DNA of 64,000 nt. Source: an uncultured Candidatus Saccharibacteria bacterium. Its GTDB lineage: Bacteria; Patescibacteriota; Minisyncoccia; Phycocordibacterales; Phycocordibacteraceae. A model generated the notes under the pieces. That model made no database searches. It saw nothing but the letters and a program-made list of their open reading frames with translations, and was not told the DNA's origin. Position numbers and translations under genes: made by a program. This document shows positions 38,240 through 47,917 of this stretch, piece after piece; within the stretch, counting starts at the first letter, position 1, and each line of letters starts with the position of its first letter. Where the stretch lies: positions 22,305 to 86,304 of the forward strand of contig CAZJKG010000003.1 in the NCBI GenBank assembly GCA_964546795.1, written 5' to 3'.

Positions 38240-39988
38240 ATGCACGTGTTGGACAGTGAGATGAGGGAGTTTATTACGGATTCGGGTATCGTCGCCAAGA
38301 AAGACATTGACGCCGCCTCCGTGGAAGCTGTAGAGCGCGGACAGCCGCTCGGCGATATTCTCGTCTCGCATGGCTTTCTGACCGAGGACGCCTTGCGACG
38401 CATTCAGGCCTATGTGCTTGGCATCCCTTTTGTGAATTTGAAAGAGCATCGTATCCCCGCTGACGTACTTGCCCTCATTCCGGAACCGATCGCACGCACG
38501 CACAATATCATTGCGTTCAAGAAAGAAGGTGATTCGCTTGAAGTGGGAATGCTGGATGTTGAAGACCTTGCCTCCATTGATTCGGTACGCAAGAAGACGG
38601 GGCTCAAGATATTGTCGCGATTGACCGATAATGAAAGCATTAAATCCGCGCTCCTGCAGTATCAGAAGTCGCTCAAAGACGAGTTCGGCGACATCATTTC
38701 AACGGAAGCGGGGAAAATTCGCGTCATTGCGGAAATCAACAAAGACCTTTCCGATGACGATCTTAAGAAGATGGCAGAGGATCTGCCGATCGTGCGCATC
38801 GTGGATACGCTGTTGAAACACGCCATCGTGCAAGGCGCCTCAGATATTCATATAGAGCCATTGGAGACCGAAGTGCTGGTCCGGTATCGTATTGACGGCA
38901 TCCTGCATGATGCGATGACACTGCCGAAAACCGCAGCGGCCGGCATCGTCGCGCGTATCAAGGTGCTCTCCAATCTGAAACTCGACGAAAAGCGCCTTCC
39001 GCAGGACGGTCGTTTCAAAATGGAGACCGAAGCAGACAAAGTATCCTTCCGCGTCTCCATCCTTCCGACCTTTTTTGGTGAAAAGACGGTCATGCGCCTC
39101 CTGCGAGAAACCGGCGAAGGGTTCACTCTGGAAGCACTTGGTCTCCACGGCGAAAATATGGAACACATCCATCATGCTTTGAAGCAGACCACTGGCATTA
39201 TTCTCATCTCAGGGCCGACGGGCTCCGGCAAAACGACGACGCTCTACACCATGCTTGATATTCTGAACCAGCCGGACGTGAATATCTCAACGGTGGAGGA
39301 CCCCATTGAATACCAGATGAAGCGTGTCAATCAAACGCAAGTGAATCCCCAAATAGGATTCACGTTCGCAAACGGACTTCGCTCCCTTGTGCGCCAAGAC
39401 CCGGACATCATCATGGTCGGTGAGATCCGCGACAGCGAAACGGCCTCGCTCGCCATTAATGCCGCATTGACCGGACACTTAGTGCTTTCAACCATTCACA
39501 CCAACAGCGCCTCTGGCGCCATTCCGCGTCTCATGGATATGGGCGTTGAGCCATTCCTTCTGGTCTCCACCATCCGCGTTATCATCGGACAGCGGCTCGT
39601 ACGCCGGCTGTGCGACAGCAAGGAAGAGTACGCGATGGATAAAGCCATGCGCTCAAAAATCGCCAGCGATGAAGAATTCGCTATAGCGTTCAAAGCTCTT
39701 CAAGACGAAAAATTGCTGAAGGCGAATGCTACGCTCGACAACATTCCTTTCTATCGGCCGGTACCCTCTGCTGAATGCGAAGACGGTTACAAAAGCCGTA
39801 TTGGTATCCATGAAGTCCTCGCTATCTCTCCCGCCATCAGAGATATCATGCTCCACTCAAGTACGAGCGATGCGTTGGAGGCGCAGGCAAAAAAGGAAGG
39901 CATGCTCACTATGTTTGAAGATGGTCTCTATAAGGCGGCGCGCGGCATCACGAGTATTGAGGAAGTGCTGCGCGCCGTAACCGAATAA
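38240..39988 (+). CDS. pilB: Type IV pilus assembly/T2SS ATPase, PilB/GspE family
   Basis: Walker A GPTGSGKTTT, VEDPIEYQ, VGEIRD motifs; N-terminal GspE_N-like domain. Confidence 0.9.
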   Translation: MHVLDSEMREFITDSGIVAKKDIDAASVEAVERGQPLGDILVSHGFLTEDALRRIQAYVLGIPFVNLKEHRIPADVLALIPEPIARTHNIIAFKKEGDSLEVGMLDVEDLASIDSVRKKTGLKILSRLTDNESIKSALLQYQKSLKDEFGDIISTEAGKIRVIAEINKDLSDDDLKKMAEDLPIVRIVDTLLKHAIVQGASDIHIEPLETEVLVRYRIDGILHDAMTLPKTAAAGIVARIKVLSNLKLDEKRLPQDGRFKMETEADKVSFRVSILPTFFGEKTVMRLLRETGEGFTLEALGLHGENMEHIHHALKQTTGIILISGPTGSGKTTTLYTMLDILNQPDVNISTVEDPIEYQMKRVNQTQVNPQIGFTFANGLRSLVRQDPDIIMVGEIRDSETASLAINAALTGHLVLSTIHTNSASGAIPRLMDMGVEPFLLVSTIRVIIGQRLVRRLCDSKEEYAMDKAMRSKIASDEEFAIAFKALQDEKLLKANATLDNIPFYRPVPSAECEDGYKSRIGIHEVLAISPAIRDIMLHSSTSDALEAQAKKEGMLTMFEDGLYKAARGITSIEEVLRAVTE

Positions 39989-39990
39989 CC

Positions 39991-41205
39991 ATGAAATTCA
40001 ACGTTAAGATACGGAAGAGCGGTGTGCCGGACCAGACACGAGTCATTGAAGCGTCCTCGCGTTTCGTGGTGTACGACCAGGTGCAGAAGGAGGGCGGCAC
40101 CGTGATTGAACTACAAGATGTCGGGGAACAGTTCAAGATTCCCGCATGGCTTACCATCAACATCAGCACCGGCATAAAACGTGCAGAGATCATCCGGACG
40201 GCGAAAAATCTCTCCGCAATGCTTGCCGCCGGCCTTTCGCTCTCCCGCGCGCTCTCGGTCATCGAGCGGCAATCGGGTAATAAGCATTTGAAAACCATCG
40301 TTACCGAAATCTCTGAATCGGTGAAGAGGGGTTCATCATTCCATGATGCGTTAGTCCAGTACCCAAAAGTATTCTCGAGCTTATTCGCTGCGATGGTAAA
40401 AGCGGGCGAAGAGTCAGGTACTCTTGCCGACGCGCTTACGGTCGTTGCTCTTCAGATGGAGCGGGCGGAAGAGTTGGTGCGCAAAATAAGGGGCGCGATG
40501 ATCTATCCGGCGATTATCATTATCGCTGTCATCATTGTGAGTATTTTGATGCTCATCTATGTGGTTCCGACACTGACCAATACCTTTACCCAGCTCGGGG
40601 TCCAGGTTCCGCTTGCGACCCGCGTCATCGTTGCCTTATCGAACTTTTTTGTGGCCCATGTCGTTTTCGTCCTTACAGGACTCGCCGTGCTTGTCGTGGG
40701 CGGCATTGTTTTCGTTCGTTCAAGGTTCGGGGGCAGAGTGGTGCTCGCGATAGCGCTCCATCTGCCGGTCATCGGCGAATTAGTGCGCGAAACCTATACG
40801 GCACGTGCCGCCCGCTCACTTTCTTCACTTCTTTCCGCGGGCGTACCGATACTTGATGCTCTCTCCATAACCAAAGAAGTTGTGCACGCGGACGCGTTCG
40901 CGAAGGTGGTCGGAGAAGCCGAGGAACACGTCAAAAAAGGAGAAACACTTTCCATGTCATTTTCCGAACATGCGAAGCTCTATCCCGTTCTTATGAGCGA
41001 AATGCTTTCGGTGGGAGAAGAGACCGGCAAGGTCGCCGAAATGTTGAAACAGATTGCCGAGTTTTATGAAAGAGATGTCGCGGAGAAGACAAAAGATCTC
41101 TCCACCATCATCGAACCAGTCCTTATGCTCCTCATCGGCGCGGTCGTCGGTATTTTCGCGGTCTCCATGATCGCGCCGATTTATTCACTCTCGTCGGCCT
41201 TCTGA
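39991..41205 (+). CDS. pilC: Type IV pilus platform protein, PilC/GspF family
   Basis: Two T2SSF-like repeats with three TM segments. Confidence 0.85.
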   Translation: MKFNVKIRKSGVPDQTRVIEASSRFVVYDQVQKEGGTVIELQDVGEQFKIPAWLTINISTGIKRAEIIRTAKNLSAMLAAGLSLSRALSVIERQSGNKHLKTIVTEISESVKRGSSFHDALVQYPKVFSSLFAAMVKAGEESGTLADALTVVALQMERAEELVRKIRGAMIYPAIIIIAVIIVSILMLIYVVPTLTNTFTQLGVQVPLATRVIVALSNFFVAHVVFVLTGLAVLVVGGIVFVRSRFGGRVVLAIALHLPVIGELVRETYTARAARSLSSLLSAGVPILDALSITKEVVHADAFAKVVGEAEEHVKKGETLSMSFSEHAKLYPVLMSEMLSVGEETGKVAEMLKQIAEFYERDVAEKTKDLSTIIEPVLMLLIGAVVGIFAVSMIAPIYSLSSAF

Positions 41206-41212
41206 TCTGAGT

Positions 41213-41596
41213 ATGTCTCTGTCCCGCGGATTCTCGCTCATCGAAGTAATCGTTTCGATCTTCATCATAGGCGTCGCTCTGCTACTCTTGCAGGCCCTTA
41301 TACGCGGCAATGCGCTCATCGCACTATCGAAAAGCCAGGGTGTCGCGACTGCGATTGTCCGCAACGAGCTTGAGAGTTTGCGCTCCGGCGGCTATGCGGC
41401 TCTTCCGCCGAGCGGCTCATTTTCAAACATCCTCCTGGATACGCTTCCGTTTGCGACCACAACACTCACGGTGAGCGACTACAACGCCAAGACGAAACAA
41501 ATCTCGGTGAGCGTCATGTGGCGAGACCCGAGTTCTGTGGCGACAAGTACGGTCTCGCTCTCCACGCTTATCACCCAGACCGGAGGACTTCCATGA
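41213..41596 (+). CDS. Prepilin-type (type IV pilin-like) protein
   Basis: Class III signal ...RGFSLIEVIVSIFIIGVALLL (G|FSLIE cleavage motif). Confidence 0.7.
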   Translation: MSLSRGFSLIEVIVSIFIIGVALLLLQALIRGNALIALSKSQGVATAIVRNELESLRSGGYAALPPSGSFSNILLDTLPFATTTLTVSDYNAKTKQISVSVMWRDPSSVATSTVSLSTLITQTGGLP

Positions 41597-42162
41597 TGCT
41601 CACATCCCGAGCAAGGCGGCACGGTTTTACCCTCATCGAGACGTTAATCGTTGTGACTCTCGGCACGAGCATGCTGATCACGCTAGGAGTGTTGATCTAC
41701 ACCTTTAACAAAACGGGAACGTATCAGCAGGCGCTCACCCAATCATCCGCCTCAGCGAGCGCGCTCATGCGCGAAATAGAGTCGCTCGCTTTCCCCGCCG
41801 ATGCCGTGCTTCAAACGCACCTATTCTCGAATGCAACCTATACATCATCGTCAACCTCTCTCGTTCTTGAAATCCCCTCCATCGACAACTCCGGAAACGT
41901 CATTGCGAATACCTATGATTACGCGGCGTTTTATGTCATCGGAACGAACGCGTATCGCATGCTTGAGGCAAACGTTGTGAGTGAGCGCATCTCAGGCACG
42001 AAACAACTAAGTACCGCAGTGGGCGCACTGACCTTTTCTTTCAACAGTGCCGATTTCACTCTTGTGAGTACCATCACCGTCGATATACAAACGCAGGCGC
42101 ATATAAGACAAGATACTATCTTCGACCATCAGCGTGAGCAAATTCGGTTGCGCAATTACTAA
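41593..42162 (+). CDS. Prepilin-type minor pilin
   Basis: The start at ATG 41593 is preceded by GGAGGA and gives MMLTSRARRHGFTLIETLIVVTL (G|FTLIE). Overlaps the previous gene by 4 bp. Confidence 0.65.
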   Translation: MMLTSRARRHGFTLIETLIVVTLGTSMLITLGVLIYTFNKTGTYQQALTQSSASASALMREIESLAFPADAVLQTHLFSNATYTSSSTSLVLEIPSIDNSGNVIANTYDYAAFYVIGTNAYRMLEANVVSERISGTKQLSTAVGALTFSFNSADFTLVSTITVDIQTQAHIRQDTIFDHQREQIRLRNY

Positions 42163-42171
42163 TCCACGCAT

Positions 42172-43455
42172 ATGCACCACTCTTCCTTTGTTCCAACAAT
42201 TAGTCGAGGATACGTCCTGCTTTTGGCGCTTGTTTTTCTCGGTATTTTTTTCACATCTGCCGCCGCATACGTGAACTCAGTAACGAGTTTCGCCCGGAAC
42301 GCGCGGTATGGAATCGCGAGCGCACAGGCGCTCTCACTTGCCGAAGCCGGCGTAGATCAAGCGATACATCAACTGAACCAGGACGCGAGTTATGCCGGTG
42401 AAACGAACGTCATGCTCGGCGGGGGCGTCTACACCGTCGCAGTGGCGAGCGTGACCCTCAATATCAAACGCCTGACGGTCACGGGCTATGTTCCAAACGC
42501 AACGAATCCAACGGCGATAAAGACCGTAACGGCACTTGTCGGTATTAATACTACGATTATCTCATTCCATTACGGCGCACAGGTGGGCGCGGGCGGGGTC
42601 ACGATGAGCAATGGTTCTCGGATACAGGGAAATCTTTTCTCCGGAGGAAGCGTTTCCGGCAACGGCATCATCACCGGAGATGTCACGGTCGCAAGTGGAA
42701 CACCAGCGACTTCGCTCAGCGGCATCACAGTCAACGGCACTGCTCGAGTGCACACACTTTCGAACTGCTCAATCGGCAGAGATGCTTATTACCAAACTCT
42801 ATCAAGTTGTCCTGTGGGTGGAACGCAGTATCCGGGAAGTGCCGATGCCGCGATGCAATCGATGCCTATTTCAGAAGCGCAAATCGCCGCATGGGAAGCG
42901 GCCGCGGCGGCCGGTGGAATCATCGACGGACCGTATACCATAAACGGCTCCGAGACGCTCGGTCCGAAAGAAATAAACGGCGATCTTACCGTCAAAGGTT
43001 CGCTCACACTGAGCGGAGTCGTATGGGTGAAAGGGAATATCAATTTTGAAAATAACGCTACACTCACTGTTTCTCCGGCTACAGGTAATTCCGGGGCAAT
43101 CATTATCGCCGATGTCCCGGGAAGCGAAGCGACGAGCGGTACGATTAATCTTGGAAACAACGTGAACGTCATTGGGAACGGAAACTCAGAAGGGTACCCC
43201 ATGCTGCTCTCCACCAACTCAGGATCCTCGGCAATAGATGTCAGTAATAACGTAACGAGTGTCATTCTCTACGCGTCAAAGGGTACGGTTGAGATCAGCA
43301 ATAACGCCGAGATCAATCAAATCTCTGCGTACCGACTTTTGCTCAAAAACAATTCGACGTTAACCTACCTAAGCGGCCTGCAGAGTCAGAGTTTCTTCGG
43401 GGGCGCCGGCGGCTCATGGGCCGTTGTGCCTCGCACGTATTCCATTTCACGCTAA
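42172..43455 (+). CDS. Large pilus-associated protein with a hydrophobic N-terminus and a Gly/Asn/Ser/Thr-rich repeat region
   Basis: 427 aa. N-terminal RGYVLLLALVFLGIFF. Residue composition is beta-helix-like. Confidence 0.5.
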   Translation: MHHSSFVPTISRGYVLLLALVFLGIFFTSAAAYVNSVTSFARNARYGIASAQALSLAEAGVDQAIHQLNQDASYAGETNVMLGGGVYTVAVASVTLNIKRLTVTGYVPNATNPTAIKTVTALVGINTTIISFHYGAQVGAGGVTMSNGSRIQGNLFSGGSVSGNGIITGDVTVASGTPATSLSGITVNGTARVHTLSNCSIGRDAYYQTLSSCPVGGTQYPGSADAAMQSMPISEAQIAAWEAAAAAGGIIDGPYTINGSETLGPKEINGDLTVKGSLTLSGVVWVKGNINFENNATLTVSPATGNSGAIIIADVPGSEATSGTINLGNNVNVIGNGNSEGYPMLLSTNSGSSAIDVSNNVTSVILYASKGTVEISNNAEINQISAYRLLLKNNSTLTYLSGLQSQSFFGGAGGSWAVVPRTYSISR

Positions 43456-43478
43456 TCCCGGACTGCTATACTTTCCGT

Positions 43479-44222
43479 ATGCTCATTGTCGCCAACTGGA
43501 AAGCGTATGTGGAGGACGTTGGGAAAGCGAAAAAACTCTTCGCGATAAGCAAGAAACTCGCCAAAGAAACCGGGAGCAAGATAGTGCTCGCTCCATCCTC
43601 CCCATTCCTCGGCGGGCTCACACTCCGAAACAAATCAGATATTGCTTTTGCTGCGCAGGACGTGTCTCAAACGACCGGAGGCGCGCGGACCGGTGAGGCG
43701 ACCGCACAATCCTACGCGGCTGTCGGCGCGAAATATGCAATCATCGGGCATTCCGAACGGCGGGCTGCGGGCGATACGGATGCGGTCATCGCCGAGAAAC
43801 TCTCTCATGCCGTCGCTCATGGACTCACACCTATCCTCTGTGTCGGTGAACACGAACGTGATGGGGAGGGTCGCTATCTTCATTTTATACGGGAAGAACT
43901 TACGAACGTGATACGACCGCTCTCACCCAAAGAACGTGCGCACATCATCATCGCGTACGAGCCCTTATGGGCGATAGGAAAAACGGCAGCTCACTCTATC
44001 CAACCGAACGACCTTGTGGAAATGGTGTTGTACATACGCAAAGTGCTTGCGGAACTTCTGCATGGAAAAAATGCTTCTCGCACGCTTGTCCTCTATGGCG
44101 GTTCGGTTGAACCGGAAAACATCCGCGAGCTCGCAGCGAGCTCGCGGATCGACGGCTTCCTCATCGGACATGCATCGGTCGATCTCCGCACATTCACACT
44201 CCTCCTGAAGCAACTGGCGTGA
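43479..44222 (+). CDS. tpiA: Triosephosphate isomerase
   Basis: MLIVANWKAY..., AYEPLWAIGTG-like AYEPLWAIGKT. Confidence 0.92.
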   Translation: MLIVANWKAYVEDVGKAKKLFAISKKLAKETGSKIVLAPSSPFLGGLTLRNKSDIAFAAQDVSQTTGGARTGEATAQSYAAVGAKYAIIGHSERRAAGDTDAVIAEKLSHAVAHGLTPILCVGEHERDGEGRYLHFIREELTNVIRPLSPKERAHIIIAYEPLWAIGKTAAHSIQPNDLVEMVLYIRKVLAELLHGKNASRTLVLYGGSVEPENIRELAASSRIDGFLIGHASVDLRTFTLLLKQLA

Positions 44223-44230
44223 ACATGCGT

Positions 44231-44345
44231 CCAGTTAGAAATCACGAACATGTCTATGTTGGATGATTACGAAACATTCTGGACCGCAGTAACCAAATAA
44301 AACATGACGTCCTTTACGCAACGTTCGTATTCTATTTCTAACGGG
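44231..44345. repeat. Start-codon-abutting inverted-repeat element, copy 3 (115 bp)
   Basis: Termini CCAGTTAGAAAT / ATTTCTAACGGG (11/12 complementary), flanked by ATGCGT and ATGCGA. Lies between the tpiA stop and the pgk ATG. Confidence 0.6.
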
Positions 44346-45506
44346 ATGCGAAGCATCCGTGACATACGATTATTTGAGAATATCCCGATACTGGTGCGCA
44401 CAGCACTGAATGTTCCGATTGAAGACGGGAGAGTCGCGAACGACTATCGTCTGCGACGCGCATTACCGACCATCCGCTTTCTCGCCGAGCGCGGCGCAAA
44501 AATCGTACTTATAAGCCATTTAGGCGAACAAGGGACCGAGACCCTCGCTCCAGTCGCCCTTGCGCTTGGGAAACTCCTTCCGGGCGTTTCGTTCTTCCCC
44601 GAGATCATTGGAACGAGAGTGCGCGGAGCTATCCGCGACCTCGCACCCGGTCACGTCCTTGTTCTTGAGAATTTGCGGCGCGACAAAGGCGAGCGGATGA
44701 ATGACCGTTCCTTCTCGCAGGAACTCGCTTCTCTCGCCGATATCTTCGTGCAGGATTCTTTTGATACTTGCCATCGACCGCACGCTTCTATCATTGGCGT
44801 CCCGAAACTGCTTCCTTCATATGTTGGATTTCTCCTTGAAGAAGAAATGGGAGAGCTCTCGCAGGCGCTCGCGCCGAAACATCCCGCGCTCGCGGTCATC
44901 GGCGGTGCGAAGTTTCGTACAAAAGAGGCGGTGCTGACGACCTTATTGAAAACATATGATCACGTATGTGTCGGCGGAGCACTCGCAAATGATTTCCTCA
45001 AAGCATCGGGACAGGAAGTGGGGAAGTCGCTCGTCTCAAATGCCGACGAAAAAACTGTCAAAGCGCTCCTTGCCGATATGAAACTGGTTGTGCCGGTGGA
45101 CTCGCTCGTCATACCAGCGAAATTACTCGGAACCGCCGATGCACGGTCGCAGGCGCGTATTGCTCCGGCCGGACAGGTACGGCCTGATGAGATCATCCTG
45201 GATCACGGTCCGGATACCGTTGCACTCCTTTCCAATTTTGCGCAGAAAGCGAGGACGGTCTTGTGGAACGGCCCTTTGGGTAATTACGAGAACGGATTCA
45301 CCGATGCGACTGACGCTTTTGCGACCGCTATTGCTTCTTCAAACGCACATTCGGTGGTGGGTGGGGGCGACACTGTCGCCTCCATTGAAGGACTCGGTCT
45401 CTTGCCGCAGTTCTCCTTCGTCTCTACCGGAGGGGGCGCGATGCTTGATTTTCTCGCAAAAGGCACGCTCCCGGGCATTGAGGCACTTGACAAAGATGGT
45501 GTTTGA
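44346..45506 (+). CDS. pgk: Phosphoglycerate kinase
   Basis: The start at MRSIRDIRLFE abuts the IR element. PGK motifs are present throughout (RVDFNVP-like, GGGDTVA). Confidence 0.93.
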   Translation: MRSIRDIRLFENIPILVRTALNVPIEDGRVANDYRLRRALPTIRFLAERGAKIVLISHLGEQGTETLAPVALALGKLLPGVSFFPEIIGTRVRGAIRDLAPGHVLVLENLRRDKGERMNDRSFSQELASLADIFVQDSFDTCHRPHASIIGVPKLLPSYVGFLLEEEMGELSQALAPKHPALAVIGGAKFRTKEAVLTTLLKTYDHVCVGGALANDFLKASGQEVGKSLVSNADEKTVKALLADMKLVVPVDSLVIPAKLLGTADARSQARIAPAGQVRPDEIILDHGPDTVALLSNFAQKARTVLWNGPLGNYENGFTDATDAFATAIASSNAHSVVGGGDTVASIEGLGLLPQFSFVSTGGGAMLDFLAKGTLPGIEALDKDGV

Positions 45507-45574
45507 GTGCTATGCTCTCATTCGGAAGTTGATCAATAAAAATCTGATCGAAAATAAAAAATGGAGGTGTGCAG

Positions 45575-46027
45575 ATGAGCATTGGAAATAGGATCCTCAC
45601 TATTCCTGCAGGACTTCTTGTTTCATTGAGCGCCGTGTGGGGTGCGAACAAGATGTCTATGATGTACAATCCATGGGGAACGCTCGCACGGAGTGTGTCC
45701 ATGGGCATTGGGTCGATTTTGATCGTATTGTTCGTCCTCGCGCTCTTCATCGGGGTGATTATTTTCGCTCAGTTTATTGAGCACATGTTGAATGGCAAAC
45801 GCCTCAATGACAGCAGCGATGTGTTCTTCATGACGCTCAACGCAACCTGTTTTGGATTCGTTTTCGGAGCGATTTCCCCTCCGGCAAGGATCCAAGACGG
45901 CATTGTGTTCTGGACGACGGGGTTCAATTTCCTGCTCATCCTCGGGCTCATTCCGGCGGTGATTGTCGTCAAAGACCTCATCGTCGATATCGCTGGCGCT
46001 TTGCGCACAAAAGCGGTTGCGAGATAA
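45575..46027 (+). CDS. Hypothetical integral membrane protein
   Basis: About 150 aa with 4 hydrophobic helices. SD TGGAGG lies 7 nt upstream of the ATG. A GTG at 45569 is an alternative start. Confidence 0.5.
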   Translation: MSIGNRILTIPAGLLVSLSAVWGANKMSMMYNPWGTLARSVSMGIGSILIVLFVLALFIGVIIFAQFIEHMLNGKRLNDSSDVFFMTLNATCFGFVFGAISPPARIQDGIVFWTTGFNFLLILGLIPAVIVVKDLIVDIAGALRTKAVAR

Positions 46028-46052
46028 ACATGCGGAGTTGACAACCGCACAA

Positions 46053-46092
46053 CAACAAACGCCGGTAACCCCCATAAGGTGCCGGCGTTTTA
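46053..46092. terminator. Bidirectional terminator hairpin between convergent genes
   Basis: AACGCCGG-(16 nt)-CCGGCGTT, flanked by A- and T-runs. Confidence 0.5.
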
Positions 46093-46503
46093 CTATATTC
46101 TTGCGCGGATTTTTTCAGCAATGGCGACGGCTTCGCCCGGCGGATATTTCTTTTGCGGCCAGAACGCGAATTCGCTGCGAGAGTGTCGGGGAATGATGTG
46201 GAAATGGAGATGGAAAACGATCTGTCCAGCGGCCTCTTCGTGATTTGAATTGATATGCACGCCCTGTGCGCCGACCGCGTCGCGCACCGCCGGCGCTATC
46301 TTGCGCACCGTGCGCATCACAGCGGCGAGCGTCGCATCATCCGCATCGAAGATATTCCGTATCAGTTTCTTTGGCACCACAAGCGTGTGGCCGGGCGTCG
46401 TGGGAGCCGCATCAAGGAAGGCGATTGTATCGTCGTCCTCGTACACGATATTTGCGGGAATCTCGCGCCGAATAATTTTCATGAAAACAGTATCCTCTTT
46501 CAT
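46093..46503 (-). CDS. HIT family (Hint-like) hydrolase
   Basis: HLHFHIIPR histidine triad. Confidence 0.88.
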   Translation of the reverse strand: MKEDTVFMKIIRREIPANIVYEDDDTIAFLDAAPTTPGHTLVVPKKLIRNIFDADDATLAAVMRTVRKIAPAVRDAVGAQGVHINSNHEEAAGQIVFHLHFHIIPRHSRSEFAFWPQKKYPPGEAVAIAEKIRARI

Positions 46504-46538
46504 GCGGGCAGTATAGTACAGTTTGGTATGATGGCATC

Positions 46539-46967
46539 ATGCGCTTCACTATCCATGCCGACGGGGGCGCGAGAGGGAATCCGGGGCCCGCGGGCGCGGG
46601 TGCCGTCATTCGGGATGAATTCGGGAACTCGGCCGCGAGCGTTTCAAAATTCCTCGGGCACCAGACAAATAATTTCGCGGAATACGAAGCGGTTATCCTT
46701 GCTTTTGAGGCATTATCAAAACTCGTCCCGATGATAGAGCATGACACGACGGAAGTTGTCGTGAAATTGGACAGCGAACTCGTCGTGAAGCAGATGAAGG
46801 GCTTATACAAAGTAAAGCATCCGGTCCTGAAGGAGCAGCAGGCGCGGCTCGCACAGGTCGCCGCGGCATTTGGCACCGTCTCTTTCACTCACGTCCCGCG
46901 TGAAGAGAATAGCGACGCCGATGCGCTCGCCAATGCTGCAATGGATAATGGGTTCGAACATGTATAA
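46539..46967 (+). CDS. rnhA: Ribonuclease HI
   Basis: IHADGGARGNPGPAG...NNFAEYEA...SDADALAN. Confidence 0.9.
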   Translation: MRFTIHADGGARGNPGPAGAGAVIRDEFGNSAASVSKFLGHQTNNFAEYEAVILAFEALSKLVPMIEHDTTEVVVKLDSELVVKQMKGLYKVKHPVLKEQQARLAQVAAAFGTVSFTHVPREENSDADALANAAMDNGFEHV

Positions 46968-47895
46968 CCCAACGAAACCATACAAACATAGGATTCTTAA
47001 ACTCATTGAAAGCACTTGGAAGACGCCTTATGTAAAAGTTGAGAAGGGATTATATCCAGTTTTTAAAAAGAATTTCTCTTTGTGGGAAGTTCAGCATACG
47101 GATGGTATTGGGACTAAGGGCTTTTACCACTGGCGGAAGCGAACCTTCAATAATGCGGTGCGAGACGCTCTTGCCATGAATTTAAATGATTTGGCGATGG
47201 TTGGCGCCATTCCGTATGCGCTCCAAAACCATATCGTTTTGCCAAAGGATGATCACAAAGCGATATTGGAGATAGTGAGAACATTGGCGGCAGAATGCAA
47301 GAAAAGAAACATTACTATGACAGGAGGAGAGACATCAATCCATTCTGATGCAAAAGGAATGGATATAAGCATTACCGTATCAGGTTTTCTTTCCAAAAAG
47401 TTCACGAATCAATGCAGGAATGGAGATGTCCTTTTGGGGCTTGCCAGCAATAGCATCCATTCGAACGGATTTACAAAAGTCAGGGAGGTCTTTGGGAATA
47501 CGTACAAAAAAGAATTCACAGAACCAACGAGGATATATCTGGAGGAGGTTCTTTCGATACTCGCCAAACACAAAGTGCATGGAATGATGCATATCACCGG
47601 CGGAGCATTCACGAAGCTGAAAGATATTCTAGGAAAGAATGATGCTGTCGTTTCTCAACCCAAAACGCTGCGACCGCAAAAGATCTTCTGTGATATGTAT
47701 GCAAAAGGACTCTTAAATAAAGTGATGTACTCAACCTTCAATTGCGGAATAGGATTTATCCTCTCGGTTCCTAAAAACGAGGTCTCAAAAATCCTCTCTC
47801 ATTCCCCCGACAGTGCCGTTATCGGAAAAGTGATTAGGGGAACCGGTAAGGTTCGTATCGTTTCTGCTTTTGACAGGAAAATCATAGAGTTGTAA
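46960..47895 (+). CDS. AIR-synthase-related (PurM-like) protein in an AT-rich segment (about 40% GC)
   Basis: HTDGIGTKGF...NDLAMVGAIP follows the PurM-superfamily pattern. The start is taken at MYNPTKP, overlapping the rnhA end by 8 bp. Composition differs sharply from neighbouring genes. Confidence 0.7.
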   Translation: MYNPTKPYKHRILKLIESTWKTPYVKVEKGLYPVFKKNFSLWEVQHTDGIGTKGFYHWRKRTFNNAVRDALAMNLNDLAMVGAIPYALQNHIVLPKDDHKAILEIVRTLAAECKKRNITMTGGETSIHSDAKGMDISITVSGFLSKKFTNQCRNGDVLLGLASNSIHSNGFTKVREVFGNTYKKEFTEPTRIYLEEVLSILAKHKVHGMMHITGGAFTKLKDILGKNDAVVSQPKTLRPQKIFCDMYAKGLLNKVMYSTFNCGIGFILSVPKNEVSKILSHSPDSAVIGKVIRGTGKVRIVSAFDRKIIEL

Positions 47896-47917
47896 GAGAC
47901 CTTTTACGACATCTTCT

